A stretch of DNA of 64,000 bases, taken from Macrostomum lignano (Eukaryota). The notes beneath the pieces are model-generated. The model did not search any database. It was not told the DNA's origin and worked only from the letters and a program-made list of their open reading frames with translations. This document shows positions 60,901-64,000 of the stretch, in pieces (the first letter of the stretch is position 1; every line of letters starts with the position of its first letter). The DNA lies in the NCBI GenBank assembly GCA_002269645.1, contig NIVC01001346.1, positions 186,001 to 250,000 on the forward strand. Direction: 5' to 3'. A program made the translations under genes and the position numbers.

Positions 60901-63325
60901 CACTAGAACAGACACAACAGTCACTAGAACAGACACAACAGAGAGACACTAGAACAGACACAACAGTCACTAGAACAGACACAACAGAGAGACACTAAAA
61001 CAGACACAACAGTCACTAGAACAGACACAACAGTCACTAGAACAGACACAACAGTCACTAGAACAGACACAACAGTCACTAGAACAGACACAACAGTCAC
61101 TAGAACAGACACAACAGACACTAGAACAGACACAACAGACACTAGAACAGACACAGCAGACACTAGAACAGACACAACTGTCACTAGAAGAGACACAACA
61201 GACACTAGAACAGACACAACAGACACTAGAACAGACACAACAGAGAGACACTAGAACAGACACAACAGACACTAGAACAGACACAACAGAGAGACACTAG
61301 AACAGACACAACAGTCACTAGAACAGACACAACAGAGAGACACTAGAACAGACACAACAGACACTAAAACAGACACAACAGACACTAGAACAGACACAAC
61401 AGAGAGACACTAGAACAGACACAACAGTCACTAGAACAGACACACCAGAGAGACACTAGAACAGACACAACAGACACTAGATCAGACACAACAGACACTA
61501 GATCAGACACAACAGTCACTAGAACAGACACAACAGAGAGACACTAGAACAGACACAACAGAGAGACACTAGAACAGACACAACAGTCACTAGAACAGAC
61601 ACAACAGTCACTAGAACAGACACACCAGAGAGACACTAGAACAGACACAACAGTCACTAGAACAGACACAACAGTCACTAGAACAGACACAACAGTCACT
61701 AGAACAGACACAACAGAGAGACACTAGAACAGACACACCAGTCACTAGATCAGACACAACAGTCACTAGAACAGACACAACAGAGAGACACTAGAACAGA
61801 CACAACAGTCACTAGAACAGACACAACAGACTAGATCAGACACAACAGTCACTAGAACAGACACAACAGACTAGATCAGACACAACAGTCACTAGAACAG
61901 ACACAACAGAGAGACACTAGAACAGACACAACAGACACTAGATCAGACACAACAGTCACTAGAACAGACACACCAGAGAGACACTAGAACAGACACAACA
62001 GTCACTAGAACAGACACACCAGAGAGACACTAGAACAGACACAACAGTCACTAGAACAGACACAACAGAGAGACACTAAAACAGACACAACAGTCACTAG
62101 AACAGACACAACAGAGAGACACTAGAACAGACACAACAGTCACTAGAACAGACACAACAGTCACTAGAATAGACACAACAGCTCCGACACTAACCAGCTG
62201 ACACAATCCTTAGAAACACAGGCTCGAGTCCCGGACTCACCTCGTAATGCCTCTCACCCATAGACTTGGCCAGATTGGCCACCATCTCCGCCAGCTCCTC
62301 AAGCCGTCGCTCAACATTATCGATTCGCTTCACATTCACCTCGACTTCGCGAATCGAATCGCGAAACAGGTCGCCAAGGCCTTCCTGAACTGAGTCCAGC
62401 TCCTTCTTCATGTTGGTGGCGTTGCCGCCCACCCCGCCAGCCCGGACAATGGTCCTGGTGTCCGACTTGCGCCGTCGTTTCGGATCGTCCTGGCCGCGCA
62501 GAAACTCAACGGCACGAATGTGCTCCCACTGCATCAGCTGACGCTCTCGCTGCCTGTTGCCAGAGTAACTGCGCTCTGGAATATTGAGATTGTTGGCCAT
62601 AGACGTCTAAAAGCTAGGCGTCTGTATTGGAAGCTTAATTTTCCGAATCAAGGATCCCTCAGTCTGGGTAAGCTACTTAGTCTGACTTTAACCTCTATCT
62701 TACTGTTCTCTGATTGGCTGAGCCAGATTGGGCCCCCTCTCTAAGCTGGGCTTCGTCCGTCTAACTTTGACCTCTCTCGATCCTTACTGTTCTCTCATTG
62801 GCTGAGCTACAAGTAGATTGGGCCTGCCCCCTAGGCTGAGTTTCGTCCGTCCTGTGTTCACTTGTGTACATAGAGTTAAATGCCCCGTACGCTCCTGAGG
62901 CCGAAAACCCGGAGGAAGGAAGGAAATTTTAGCTGCCACATCAACTTTAGGTGCCAATGTGCAGAAAACTACTGAAAAAGAGTAGACGTTCTGCTTTTCA
63001 ATAACTTTACTTGAAAGTGATATATCTGGCAGTCTACTCGTAGTATCACTGGTTGAAAGTTTGATGCACAAAAGGTTGGGAATATTAGTAGTAAACAGTG
63101 CTGTTACTGTCACCTTAGTACTCCAAGCACTTACTAAATGGTCCGTTTTCGAATACCCGATGTCCGCGACAGCGCTGCACGAGCACGTACAGTACAAAGA
63201 CCAGGTGCCACACTATAATTAGAGGCGGAGCTATCGGACTGCGTTCGGTGTATTCTCGCATGATCATGTACCGCTGCAGGGTCCAGTGCTGTGTGCTGGA
63301 GCTCTGTATCTCCTCGTAGGTGTGC
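57936..63325 (-). CDS. TRPM: TRPM-family channel (TRPM2-like), 3' part: TRP helix, coiled coil, NUDT9-H domain; continues beyond window end
   Basis: Exons 63325-63135 (HTYEEIQ...HWTLQRYMIMREYTERSPIAPPLIIVWHL, TRP box), 62575-62241 (RQLMQWEH..., coiled coil), 59596-59220 and 58680-57936 (GRPMNPSG...WGPNH...VTRWRR...VYTGLLDD..DNAWLET...HNTLL..VAQQHGAYF*). All junctions are in phase. Confidence 0.9.
59105..59215. repeat. 48-bp tandem repeat, 2-3 copies, abutting a TRPM donor
   Basis: AATGTCCGATTTCCCTGGGACAAAGTGTCACTGTACCACTCGGGACGA repeated. Confidence 0.85.
59750..62182. repeat. 21/25-bp minisatellite (ACAGACACAACAGTCACTAGA)n, 2.4 kb, TRPM intron
   Basis: About 110 copies with an internal block duplication (about 59770 vs about 61430). 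Confidence 0.97.
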
Positions 63326-63399
63326 CTGGTTGGGTTGGTGGAGTGTTGGTGGCTTTAGTAACGTGTCTGCGGCATTGAGTGGGGGTTATCCAGAATTTA

Positions 63400-64000
63400 G
63401 GTGGATAAGGGGGGTAGGCTATCCACTACCCCCAATGGATGGGGGGTAGGAGTGTCTGCGGCTATCCACAATGGGGTAGGCTATCCACAATGGGGGGGTA
63501 GGCTATCCAGAATGGGGGTAGGCTATCCACAATGGGGGTTAGGCTATACACGATGGGGGGTAGGCTATCCATAATGGGGGTAGGCTATCCAAAATGGGGG
63601 GTAGGCTATCCACAATGGAGGGTAGGCTATACACGGTGGGGGTAGGCTATCCACAATGGGGGGTAGGCTATCCACAATGGGGGGTAGGCTATCCACAATG
63701 GGGGGTAGGCTATCCACAATGGGGGTTAGGCTATACACGATGGGGGGTAGGCTATCCATAATGGGGGTAGGCTATCCAAAATGGGGGGTAGGCTATCCAC
63801 AATGGAGGGTAGGCTATACACGGTGGGGGTAGGCTATCCACAATGGGGGTAGGCTATCCACAATGGGGGGTAGGCTATCCACAATGGGGGGTAGGCTATC
63901 CACAATGGGGGGTAGGCTATCCACAATGGGGCCGGGGGTAGGCTATCCACAATGGGGGGTAGGCTATCCACAATGGGGGTAGGCTATCCACAATGGGGGG
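63400..64000. repeat. 21-22-bp G-rich minisatellite (GGGGGTAGGCTATCCACAATG)n running off the window end
   Basis: About 27 copies with G5-G7 tracts. Confidence 0.95.

Noticed and set aside
4955-64000. Helical-turn phasing of minisatellite unit lengths
   Set aside because: Many units are 20-22 or 31-34 bp, but 16, 17, 25, 28, 35, 38, 45, 48 and 49 also occur, so the pattern is not supported from one window.

Overview
Intron-rich animal genomic DNA with GC-rich exons and minisatellite-filled introns and spacers. This architecture suggests a free-living flatworm such as Macrostomum; that is inference, not shown by the sequence. I traced seven protein-coding genes by hand through GT-AG junctions with matching phases: BCL7-like (+, 5' part outside the window), SLC25A38 (+), GNB5 (-), a TOG1-less CLASP (+, about 16 exons, apparent 1-nt frameshift in the last exon), a compact FAM184-like gene (-), a 110-aa secreted prepropeptide ending KR-LSEFI-GK (-, TRH/EFLamide-like, missed by the ORF track), and the 3' end of a TRPM channel with a degenerate NUDT9-H domain (-). 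About 35 tandem arrays (16-64 bp units) explain most long ORFs in the track. Best leads: the neuropeptide precursor, a sharply CpG-depleted domain at about 19-24.9 kb that reaches into GNB5 exons, intronic arrays whose units carry splice signals, and arrays sharing a GGCGCCAA (E2F-like) core. No CRISPR array, rRNA or intact transposase was found. Family calls come from recalled motifs; no database search was run.
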